From Nitrospirales bacterium (lineage in GTDB: Bacteria > Nitrospirota > Nitrospiria > Nitrospirales > UBA8639): a stretch of 64,000 bases of DNA. Both the position numbers and the translations under genes were made by a program. The notes under the pieces are model-generated. The model was not told the origin of the DNA. It saw only the letters and a list, made by a program, of their open reading frames with translations, and did not search any database. Of the stretch, positions 14,501-27,000 are shown in pieces. The stretch lies in contig CBDBCZ010000016.1 in NCBI GenBank assembly GCA_965203295.1, positions 128,001-192,000 on the forward strand. The letters run 5' to 3'. Position 1 is the first letter of the stretch. Every line of letters starts with the position of its first letter.

Positions 14501-17500
14501 GTGAGTTTACCTATTTTCTGTTTTTATAGGTTGGTCTTTATGCTTCTGTATTTTTATCTTCCTAAGCCTGTATTGTATTTGATCAACTAACACTACCCAA
14601 ACTAAGTGATCTTTTAAATCTCGAACACATTGTAATCCTAGGCTAATGAAGCTAGTCATAACAATGGTATCTAGTTTCTTTTGATGAGAGTGTTAGTGTG
14701 AGACCAACAACTCTGAAATTGTACTAAGCTTACCTTATCTTCCTTAAGCCTGTATTGTATTTGACCAACTAACACCAGTAAAACTAAATGAGCTTTTAAA
14801 TCTTGAACACATTCTAACCCTCGGCTAATAAAGAGAGTGAGAGAAATTGTATGTAGTTTCTTTTTATGAGAGTTAGTTTGAGACCAAGAACAGTGAAATT
14901 GGACTAATCTTACTACTTATACTGGTGTGTCCAAACCCTACAATTATATTGACAACTATTTCTCCTAAATATGTAGAATATCCAGTGAAGAAAATTAACC
15001 TGAAGGAACATATTCTGACAGAAGCTACAATTCAACAGGTGAGTTTACCTATAGGTTGGTCTTTACGCCTCTGTATTTCTATCTTCTTAAGCCTGCATTG
15101 TATTTGACCAACTAACACTAACCAAACTAAATGAACTTTTAAATCTTGAACACATTCTAACCCTAGTCTAATAAAGAAAGTCAGAGGAATTGTATGTAGT
15201 TTCTTTTTATGAGAGTTAGTTTGAGACCAAGAACACTGAAATTTTGCTAATCTTTTCCTATTTTCCTAAGACTGTATTGTATTTGACCAACTAACACCAG
15301 CGAAACTAATATAAATGAGTTTTTAAATCTTGAACACATTCTAACCCTAGATCTTGAACACATTCTAACCCTAGTCTAATAAAGAAAGTCAGAGGAATTG
15401 TATGTAGTTTCTTTTTATGAGAGTTTGTGTGAGACCAAGAACACTGAAATTTTTCTAATCTTTCCCTATTTTCCTAAGACTGTATTGTATTTGAACAACT
15501 AACACCAGCGAAACTTATATAAATGAGCTTTTAAATCTTGAACACGTTCTAACCCTAGGCTAATAGAGTCAGAGAAATGGTATGTATAGTTTCTTTTTAT
15601 GAGAATTAGTGTGAGACCAAGAACAGTGAAATTGGACTAATCTTACTACTTATATTGGTGTGTCCAAATCCTACAATTATATTGACAACTATTTCTCCTA
15701 AATATGTAGAATATCCAGTGAAGAAAATTATAATGAAGGAACATATTCAGAAAGAAGCTACAATTCAACAGGTGAGTTTACATATTTTTCTGTTTTTATG
15801 GATTGGTCTTTATACCTCTGTATTTCTATCTTCTTAAGCCTTTATTGTATTTGAACAACTAACACTAACCAAACTAAATGAACTTTTAAATCTTGAACAC
15901 ATTCTAACCCTAGGCTAATAAAGAAAGTCAGAGAAATTGTATGTAGTTTCTTTTTATGAGAGTTTGTGTGAGACCAAGAACACTGAAATTTTTCTAATCT
16001 TTCCCTATTTTCCTAAGACTGTATTGTATTTGAACAACTAACACCAGCGAAACTTATATAAATGAGCTTTTAAATCTTGAACACGTTCTAACCCTAGGCT
16101 AATAGAGTCAGAGAAATGGTATGTATAGTTTCTTTTTATGAGAATTAGTGTGAGACCAAGAACAGTGAAATTGGACTAATCTTACTACTTATATTGGTGT
16201 GTCCAAATCCTACAATTATATTGACAACTATTTCTCCTAAATATGTAGAATATCCAGTGAAGAAAATTATAATGAAGGAACATATTCAGAAAGAAGCTAC
16301 AATTCAACAGGTGAGTTTACATATTTTACTGTTTTTATGGATTGGTCTTTATACCTCCGTATTTCTATCTTCTTAAGCCTTTATTGTATTTGAACAACTA
16401 ACACTAACCAAACTAAATGAACTTTTAAATCTTGAACACATTCTAACCCTAGGCTAATAAAGAAAGTCAGAGAAATTGTATGTAGTTTCTTTTTAGGAGA
16501 GTTAGTTAGAGACCAAGAACAGTGAAATTGGATTAATCTTACTACTTATACTGGTGTGTCCAAACCCTACAATTATATTGACAGCTATTTCTCCTAAATT
16601 TGTAGAATATCCAGTGAAGAAAATGAACCTGAAGGAACATATTCAGACAGAAGCTACAATTCAACAGGTGAGTTTACCTATTTTTCTGTTTTTATGGGTT
16701 GGTCTTTATACCTCTGTATTTCTATCTTCTTAAGCCTGTATTGTATTTGACCAACTAACACTAACCAAACTAAATGAACTTTTAAATCTTGGACACATTC
16801 TAACCCTAGTCTAATAAAGAAAGTCAGAGAAATTGTATGTAGTTTCTTTTTATGAGAGTTAGTGTGAGACCAAGAACACTGAAATTTTGCTAATCTTTCC
16901 CTATTTTCCTAAGACTGTATTGTATTTGACTAACTAACACCAGCGAAACTAATATAAATGAGCTTTTAAATTTTGAACACATTTTAACCCTAGGCTAATA
17001 AAGTCAGAGAAATGGTATGTATAGTTTCTTTTTATGAGAATTAGTGTGAGACCAAGAACAGTGAAATTGGACTAATCTTACTACTTATACTGGTGTGTCC
17101 AAACCCTACAATTATATTGACAACTATTTCTCCTAAATATGTAGAATATCCAGTGAAGAAAATTATCCTGAAGGAACATATTCAGACAGAAGCTACAATT
17201 CAACAGGTGAGTTTACATATTTTTCTGTTTTTATGGATTGGTCTTTATACCTCTGTATTTCTAACTTCTTAAGCCTTTATTGTATTTGACCAACTAACAC
17301 TAACCAAACTAAGTGATCTTTTAAATCTTGAACACATTGTAATCCAGGCTAAGTAAGCAAGTCATAAAAATGGTATCTAGTTTCTTTTGATGAGAGTGTT
17401 AGTGTGAGACCAAGAACACTGAAATTTTGCTAAACTTTCCCTATCTTCCTAAGCCTGTATTGTATTTGACCAACTGACACCAGCCAAACTAAATGAGCTT

Positions 17501-20500
17501 TTAAATCTTGAACACATTCTAACCCTAGGCTAAAAAGAGAGTCACAGAATTGGTATGTAGTTTCTTTTGATGAGAGTGTTAGTGTGAGACCAACAACTCT
17601 GAAATTGTTACCTTATCTTCCTTAAGCCTGTATTGTATTTGACCAACTAACACCAGCCAAACTAAATGAGCTTTTAAATCTTGAACACATTCTAACCCTA
17701 GGCTAATAAAGAGAGTCAGAGAAATTGTATGTAGTTCCTTTTTATGAGAGTTAGTGAGAGACCAAGAACGGTGAAATTGGACTAATTTTACTACTTATAC
17801 TGGTGTGTCCAAACCTACAAATATATTGACAACTATTTCTCCTAAATATGTAGAATATCCAGTGAAGAAAATTATCCTGAAGGAACATATTCAGACAGAA
17901 GCTACAATTCAACAGGTGAGTTTACATATTTTTCTGTTTTTATGGATTGGTCTTTATACCTCTGTATTTCTAACTTCTTAAGCCTTTATTGTATTTGACC
18001 AACTAACACTAACCAAACTAAGTGATCTTTTAAATCTTGAACACATTGTAATCCAGGCTAAATAAGCAAGTCATAAAAATGGTATCTAGTTTCTTTTGAT
18101 GAGAGTGTTAGTGTGAGACCAAGAACACTGAAATTTTGCTAAACTTTCCCTATCTTCCTAAGCCTGTATTGTATTTGACCAACTAACACCAGCCAAACTA
18201 AATGAGCTTTTAAATCTTGAACACATTCTAACCCTAGGCTAATAAAGAGAGTCAGAGAAATTGTATGTAGTTCCTTTTTATGAGAGTTAGTGAGAGACCA
18301 AGAACGGTGAAATTGGACTAATTTTACTACTTATACTGGTGTGTCCAAACCTACAATTATATTGACAGCTATTTCTCCTAAATATGTAGAATATCCAGTG
18401 AAGAAAATTAACCTGAAGGAACATATTCATACAGAAGCTACAATTCAGCAGGTTAGTTTACCTATTTTTCTGTTTTTAACAGGTTGGTTTTTATGCCTCA
18501 GTATTTCTATCTTCTTAAGCCTTTATTGTATTTGACCAACTAAAACTAACCAAACTAAATGAGCTTTTAAATCTTGAACACATTCTAAACCTAGGCTAAT
18601 AAAGAGAGTCAGAGAATTTGTATCTAGTTTCTTTTGATGAGAGTGTTAGTGTGAGACCAACAACTCTGAAATTGTACTAAGCTTACCTTATCTTCCTTAA
18701 GCCTGTATTATATTTAACCAACTAACACCAGCCGACCTAAATGAGCTTTTAAATCTAGAACACATTTTAACCCTAGGCTAATAAAGAAAGTCAGAGAAAT
18801 GGTATGTAGTTTCTTTTTGTGAGAGTTAGTGAGAGACCAAGAACAGTGAAATAGAACTAATCTTACTACTTATACTGGTGTGTCCAAACCCTACAATTAT
18901 ATTGACAACTATTTCTCCTAAATATGTAGAATATCCCGTGAAGAAAATTATCCTGAAGGAACATATTCAGACAGAAGCTACAATTCAACAGGTGAGTTTA
19001 CCTATTTTTCTGTTTTTTATAGGTTGGTCTTTATGCCTCTGTATTTGTATCTTCCTAAGCCTGCTTTGTATTTAACCAACTAACACTAACCAAACTAAGT
19101 GATCTTTTAAATCTTGAACACATTGTAATCCTAGGCTAATGAAGCAAGTCAGAAAAATGGTATCTAGTTTCTTTTGATGAGAGTGTCAGTGTGAGACCAA
19201 GAACACTGAAATTTTGCTAAACTTTCCCTATCTTCCTAAGCCTTTATTGTATTTGAAAAACTGACACCAGCTAAACTAAATGAGCTTTTAAATCTTGAAT
19301 ACATTCTAACCCTAGGCTAACAAGTCTGACATTTCATGTCTAAAAACCAGCCGGACGCCTTTCCCGTACAATACACACAATTCAGCTTAAGCCAAGTTAC
19401 TAAACTACAGCTGTACAGCCAGAGAAACTATATTCCTAGAGCGGTACAGCGAAAGTGCTGACTCAACAGTTTCGTCATGCGCCTCCAGTTAGTAGCTATA
19501 TGCCAAGAAACCAGGATCTTCACGACTATCTACCACGTTTTCGCCATCTAGGCAACACAAAACTACCTTTATTTGCTGTAGCTTGGCCTGCAAACCTCCA
19601 AACGCTGCTGTACTGCAGTTGCATAGTAACGTAATATATTGCGCACGTGATAAGTGCGGACGCACAAACAAACAAACAAATGCGGAAAACGTAAAGCAAA
19701 CTTAGTACCAGCCGTTCGCGCGCTACGCGCGCTCCGGCTGGTAAAAAGAGAGTCAGAGAATTGGTATGTAGTTTCTTTTGACGAGAGTTAGTGAGAGACC
19801 AAGAACAGTTAAATTGAACTAATCTTACTACTTATACTGGTGTGTCCAAACCTACAATTATATTGACAACTATTTCTCCTAAATATGTAGAATATCCAGT
19901 GAATAAAATTAACCTGAAGGAACATATTCTGACAGAAGCTACAATTCAACAGGTGAGTTTACCTATTTTCTGTTTTTATAGGTTCGTCTTTATGCTTCTG
20001 TATTTTTATCTTCCTAAGCCTGTATTGTATTTGAGCAACTAACACTAACCAAACTAAGTGATCTTTTAAATCTCGAACACATTGTAATCCGAGGCTAATG
20101 AAGCAAGTCATAAAAATGGTATCTAGTTTCTTTTGATGAGAGTGTTAGTGTGAAACCAAGAACACTGAAATTTTGCTAAACTTTCCCTATCTTCCTAAGC
20201 CCGTATTGTATTTGACCAACTGACACCAGCCAAACTAAATGAGCTTTTAAATCTTGAACACATTCTAACCATAGGCTAAAAAGAGAATCAGAGAATTGGT
20301 ATGTAGTTTCTTTTGATGAGAGTGTTAGTGTGAGACCAACAACTCTGAAATTGTTACCTTATCTTCCTTAAGCCTGTATGGTATTTGACCAACTAACACC
20401 AGCCAAACTAAATGAGCTTTTAAATCTTGAACAATTTCTAACCCTAGGCTAATAAAGAGAGTCAGAGAAATTGTATGTAGTTTCTTTTTATGAGAGTTAG

Positions 20501-23427
20501 TTTGAGACCAAGAACAGTGAAATTGGACTAATTTTACTACTTATACTGGTGTGTCCAAACCTACAATTATATTGACAGCTATTTCTCCTAAATATGTAGA
20601 ATATCCAGTGCAGAAAATTAACCTGAAGGAACATATTCTGACAGAAGCCACAATTCAACAGGTGAGTTTACCTATTTTTCTGTTTTTTATAAGTTGGTCT
20701 TTATGCCTCTGTATTTCTATCTTCTTAAGCCTGTATTGTATTTGACCAACTAACACTAACCAAACTAAATGAACTTTTAAATCTTGAACACATTATAACC
20801 CTAGGCTAATAAAGAAAGTCAGAGAAATTGTATGTAGTTTCTTTTTATGAGAGTTAGTGTGAGACCAAGAACACTGAAATTTTGCTAATCTTTCCCTATT
20901 TTCCTAAGACTGTATTGTATTTTACCATCTAACACCAGCGAAACTAATATAAATGAGCTTTTAAATCTTGAACACATTCTAACCCTAGGCTAATAGAGTC
21001 AGAGAAATTGTATGTAGTTTCTTTTTATGAGAGTTAGTGAGAGACCAAGAACAGTGAAATTGGACTAATCTTACTACTTGTACTGGTGTGTCCAAACCTA
21101 CAATTATATTGACAGCTATTTCTCCTAAATATGTAGAATATCCAGTGAAGAAAGTTAACCTGAAGGAACATATTCATACAGAAGCTACAATTCAGCAGGT
21201 GAGTTTACCTATTTTTCTGTTTTTAACAGGTTGGTTTTTATGCCTCAGTATTTCTATCTTCTTAAGCCTTTATTGTATTTGACCAACTAAAACTAACCAA
21301 ACTAAATGAGCTTTTAAATCTTGAACACATTCTAAACCTAGGCTAATAAAGAGAGTCAGAGAATTGGTATCTAGTTTCTTTTGATGAGAGTGTTAGTGTG
21401 AGACCAACAACTCTGAAATTGTACTAAGCTTACCTTATCTTCCTTAAGCCTGTATTATATTTAACCAACTAACACCAGCCGACCTAAATGAGCTTTTAAA
21501 TCTTGAACACATTCTAACCCTAGGCTAATAAAGAAAGTCAGAGAAATGGTATGTAGTTTCTTTTTGTGAGAGTTAGTGAGAGACCAAGAACAGTGAAATA
21601 GAACTAATCTTACTACTTATACTGTTGTGTCCAAACCCTACAATTATATTGACAACTATTTCTCCTAAATATGTAGAATATCCAGTGAAGAAAATTAACC
21701 TGAAGGAACATATTCAGACAGAAGCTACAATTCAACAGGTGAGTTTACCTATTTTTCTGTTTTTTTCTGGTTGGTCTTTATGCCTCTGTATTTCTATCTT
21801 CTTAAGCCTTTATTGTATTTGACCAACTAACACTAACCAAACTAAATGAACTTTTAAATCTTGAACACATTGTAATCCTAGGCTAATGAAGCAAGTCAGA
21901 AAAATGGTATCTAGTTTCTTTTGATGAGAGTGTCAGTGTGAGACCAAGAACACTGAAATGTTGCTAATCTTTCCCTATCTTCCTAAGCCTGTATTGTATT
22001 TAACCAACTAACACCAGCCAAACTAAATGAGCTTTTAAATCTTGAACTCATTGTAATTTTTGGCTAATGAAGCAAGTCAGAACAATGGTATCTAGTTTCT
22101 TTCGATGAGAGTGTTAGTGTGAGACCAAGAACACTGAAATTTAGCTAATCTTACCCTATCATCCTAAGCCTGTATTATATTTGCCCAACTAACACCAGCC
22201 AAACTAAGTGAGCTTTTAAATCTTAAACACATTCTAACCCTAGGCTAAAAAGAGAGTTAGAGAATTGGTATGTAGTTTCTTTTGATGAGAGTGTTAGTGT
22301 GAGACCAACAACTCTGAAATTGTACTAAGCTTACCTTATCTTCCTTAAGCCTGTATTGTATTTGACCAATTAACACCAGCGAAACTAAATGAGCTTTTAA
22401 GTCTTGAACACATTCTAACCCTCGGCTAATAAAGAGAATCAGAGAAATTGTATGTAGTTTCTTTTTATGAGAGTTTGTTTGAGACCAAGAACAGTGAAAT
22501 TGGACTAATCTTACTACTTATACTGGTGTGTCCAAACCCTACAATTATATTGACAACTATTTCTCCTAAATATGTAGAATATCCAGTGAAGAAAATTAAC
22601 CTGAAGGAACATATTCTGACAGAAGCTACAATTCAACAGGTGAGTTTACCTATTTTTCTGTTTTTTATAAGTTGGTCTTTATGCCTCTGTATTTCTATCT
22701 TCTTAAGCCTTTATTGTATTTGACCAACTAAAACTAACCAAACTAAATGATCTTTTAAATCTTGAACACATTGTAATCCTAGGCTAATGTAGCAAGTCAG
22801 AAAAATGGTATCTAGTTTCTTTTGATGAGAGTGTTAGTGTGAGACCAAGAACTCTGAAATTTTTCTAATCTTACCCTATCTTCCTAAGCCTGTAATGTTT
22901 TTGACCAACTAACACCAGCCATACTAAATGAGCTTTTAAATCTTGAACACATTCTAACCCCAGGCTAAAAAGAGAGTCAGAGAATTGGTATGTAGTTTCT
23001 TTTGATGAGAGTTAGTGAGAGACCAAGAACAGTAAAATTGAACTAATCTTACTACTTATACTGGTGTGTCCAAACCATACAATTATATTGACAACTATTT
23101 CTCCTAAATATGTAGAATATCCAGTGAAGAAAATTAACCTGAAGGAACATATTCTGACAGAAGCTACAATTTAACAGGTGAGTTTACCTAATTTTCTGTT
23201 TTTTTTTATGGGTTGGTCTTTATGCCTCTGTATTTCTATCTTCTTAAGCCTGTATTGTAGTTGACCAACTAAAACTAACCAAACTAAAAGAGCTTTTAAA
23301 TCTTGAACACATTGTAATCCTAGGTTAATGAAACAAGTCAAAACAATGGTATCTAGTTTCTTTTGATGAGTGTTAGTGTGTGACCAAGAACACTGTAATT
23401 TTGCTAATCTTTCCCTATTTCCCTAAG
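11530..23427 (+). repeat. Complex satellite, block 1 (forward): L module (~179 bp) followed by 1-4 or more S modules (~180 bp)
   Basis: Continuous repeats of ..TATCCAGTGAAGAAAATTAACCTGAAGG.. (L) and ..GAACACATTCTAACCCTAGGCTAA.. (S). L spacings of ~358, ~540, ~720 and larger multiples of ~180. Confidence 0.98.
19319..19744 (-). mobile_element. Second HINE/Helentron-type non-autonomous element inserted in the satellite
   Basis: On the minus strand: 5' TTACCAGCCGGA..CGGCTGGT hairpin, (TTTG)n, 3' subTIR TCCGGCTGGTT, hairpin GACAT-GAA-ATGTC, end CTTGTT. It interrupts the satellite A-run in GCTAAAAAGAGAG without a TSD. Confidence 0.8.
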
Positions 23428-24022
23428 GGGATGGAATGGGTGATGCTCCAGTGAATGAGGGTCGTGATGGTGAAGCCTCAGGTGACGACAGTAGCAGATC
23501 CCCTAGTATTTACAAGGTAATATGTACTTGTAAAGTGTGATAAAAAGCTTTTTATTGTTTGCTTACCTTGTTCCCTATCCAGTGGGTCTCTTTCGAATTC
23601 TACCTCACTCATATCTAAGTCATCGTCACTACCCGGGAATATAAATTCATGATCTTCACCAACCCCTGTCAGCAGGTCACAGACCTCAGCAGCAGTGAAA
23701 TGATGTGCTGTAGAAGCCATACTACCGGTTGCCCAGCCCGCTACAAGTCCTCACTGATTGCGCGTGGCTCAAGTTTACATTAGCTAATTGGCAGGCAATA
23801 TTCATTGATCGCTCAAAAAATTCATATTGCATCATATAATTTTTTTTGGCATGGGGTAAAAGTGCAGTGATGTAGGAATGTGATTAGTACCATAGGGGAA
23901 GACCCAAGGTAAGTTTAGGCCCCGTAAGTCGGTAAGTATCTCCATGACGCATTTATGCGTCATCGGGCATTAAGGGGCAAATTACGTGATGACGCATTTT
24001 TGCGGCATTGGGATTTAAAGGT
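23428..24022 (-). mobile_element. 5' part of a piggyBac-type transposon (terminus plus acidic transposase N-terminus with a 64-bp intron)
   Basis: End abuts (TTAA)3 at 24023-24034, with a repeated subterminal motif ATG(C/A)CGCA(A/T)AAATGCGTCAT. Exon 23720-23567 is MASTAHHFTAAEVCDLL..SDDDLDMSE.., followed by a GT-AG intron at 23566-23503 and in-frame exon GDLLLSSPEASPSRP.. cut at 23428. Confidence 0.7.
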
Positions 24023-24034
24023 TTAATTAATTAA

Positions 24035-27000
24035 GGAAGATAAGGTAAGCTTAGTACAATTTTAGAGTTGTTGGTCTAGTGCTAACACTCTCATCAAAAG
24101 AAACTACATACTCTGACTGTCTTTTTAGCCTTGGGTTAGAATGTGTTTAAGATTTAAAAGCTCATTTAGTTTGGCTGGTGCTAGTTGGGCAAATACAATA
24201 CAGGCTTAGGATGATAGGGTAAGATTAGAAAAATTTCAGAGTTCTTGGTCTCACACTAACACTCATCAAAAGAAACTAGATACCATTTTTCTGACTTGCT
24301 TTATTAGCCTAGGATTACAATTTTGTTCAAGATTTATAAGCTCATTTAGTTTGGTTAGTTTTAGTTGGTCAAATACAATACAGGCTTAAGAAGATAGAAA
24401 TACAGAGGTATAAAGACCAACCCATAAAAACAGAAAAATAGGTAAACTCACCTGTTTAATTGTAGCTTCTGTCTGAATATGTTCCTTCAGGTTAATTTTC
24501 TTCACTGGATATTCTACATATTTAGGAGAAATAGCTGTCATTATAATTGTAGGGTTTGGACACACCAGTATAAGTAGTATGATTAGTCCAATTTCACTGT
24601 TCTTGGTCTCAAACTAACTCGCATAAATAGAAACTACATACCAATTCTCTGACTCTCTTTTTAGCCTAGGGTTAGAATGTGTTCAAGATTTAAAAGCTCA
24701 TTTAGTTTGGCTGGTGTTAGTTGGGCAAATACAATACAAGCTTTAGAAAGTTAAGGTAAGATTAGTACAATTTCAGAGTTGTTGGTCTCACACTAACACT
24801 CTCATCAAAAGAAACTACATACCATTTCTCTGACTCTCTTTATTAGCCTAGGGTTAGAATGTGTTCAAGATTTAAAAGCTCATTTAGTTTGGCTGGTGTC
24901 AGTTGGTCAAATACAATACTGGCTTAGGAAGATAGGGAAAGTTTAACAAAATTTCAGTGTTCTTGGTCTCACACTAACACTCTCATCAAAAGAACTAGAT
25001 ACCATTTTTCTGACTTGCTTCATTAGCCTAGGATTACAATGTGTTCAAGATTTAAAAGATCACTTAGTTTGGTTAGTGTTAGTTGGTCAAATACAATACA
25101 GGCTTAGGAAGATAAAAATACAGAGGCATAAAGACCAACCTGTAAAAAAACAGAAAAATAGGTAAACTCACCTGTTGAATTGTAGCTTCTGTCTGAATAT
25201 GTTCCTTCAGGTTAATTTTCTTCACTGGATATTCTACATATTTAGGAGAAATAGTTGTCAATATAATTGTAGGGTTTGGACACATCAGTATATGTAGTAA
25301 GACTAGTTCAATTTAACTGTTCTTGGTCTCAAAATAACTGTCATAAAAAGAAACTACATACCAATTCTCTGACACTCTTTTTAGCCTAGGGTTAGAATGT
25401 GTTCTAGATTTAAAAGCTCATTTAGTATGGCTGGTGTTAGTTGGTTAAATACAATACAGGCTTAAGGAAGATAAGGTAAGATTAGTACAATTTCAGAGTT
25501 GTTGGTCTCACACTAACACTCTCATCAAAAGAAACTAGATACCATTGTTCTGACTTGCTTCATTAGCTGAGGATTACAATGTGTTCAAGATTTAAAAGTT
25601 CATTTAGTTTGGTTAGTTTTAGTTGGTCAAATACAATAAAGGCTTAAGAAGATAGTAATACAGAGGCATAAAGACAAACCTGTAAAAAAAAATAAAAATA
25701 GGTAAACTCACCTGTTGAATTGTAGCTTCTGTCTGAATATGTTCCTTCAGGTTAATTTTCTTCACTGGATATAAAAGTTCATTTAGTTTGGTTAGTGTTA
25801 GTTGGTCAAATACAATCTAGAAATACATATTTAGGAGAAATAGTTGTCAATATAATTGTAGGGTTTGGACACACCAGTATAAGTAGTAAGAGTAGTCCAA
25901 TTTCACTGTTCTTGGTCTCACACTAAATCTCATAAAAAGGAACTATACATACCATTTCTCTGACTCTATTAGCCTAGGGTTAGAATGTGTTCAAGATTTA
26001 AAAGCTCATTTATATTAGTTTCGCTGGTGTTAGATGGTCAAATACAATACAGTCTTAGGAAAATAGGGAAAGATTAGCAAAATTTCAGTGTTCTTGGTCT
26101 CACACTAACTCTCATAAAAAGAAACTACATACAATTTCTCTGACTTTCTTTATTAGCCTAGGGTTATAATGTGTTCAAGATTTAAAAGTTCATTTAGTTT
26201 GGTTAGTGTTAGTTGGTCAAATACAATACAGGCTTAAGAAGATAGAAATACAGAGGCATAAAGACCAACCTATAAAAAACAGAAAAATAGGTAAACTCAC
26301 CTGTTGAATTGTAGCTTCTGTCAGAATATGTTCCTTCAGGTTAATTTTCTTCACTGGATATTCTACATATTTAGGAGAAATAGTTGTCAATATAATTGTA
26401 GGGTTTGGACACACCAGTATAAGTAGTAAGATTAGTTCAATTTAACTGTTCTTGGTCTCACACTAACTCTCATAAAAAGAAACTACATACAATTTCTCTG
26501 ACTTTCTTTATTAGCCTAGGGTTATAATGTGTTCAAGATTTAAAAGTTCATTTAGTTTGGTTAGTGTTAGTTGGTCAAATACAATACAGGCTTAAGAAGA
26601 TAGAAATACAGAGGCATAAAGACCAACCTATAAAAAACAGAAAAATAGGTAAACTCACCTGTTGAATTGTAGCTTCTGTCAGAATATGTTCCTTCAGGTT
26701 AATTTTCTTCACTGGATATTCTACATATTTAGGAGAAATAGTTGTCAATATAATTGTAGGGTTTGGACACACCAGTATAAGTAGTAAGATTAGTTCAATT
26801 TAACTGTTCTTGGTCTCTCACTAACTCTCATAAAAAGAAACTACATAAAATTTCTCTGACTCTCTTTATTAGCCTAGGGTTAGAATGTGTTCAAGATTTA
26901 AAAGCTTATTTAGTTTGGCTGGTGTTAGTTGGTCATATACAATACAGGCTTAAGGAAGATATGGTAAGCTTAGTACAATTTCAGAGTTGTTGGTCTCACA

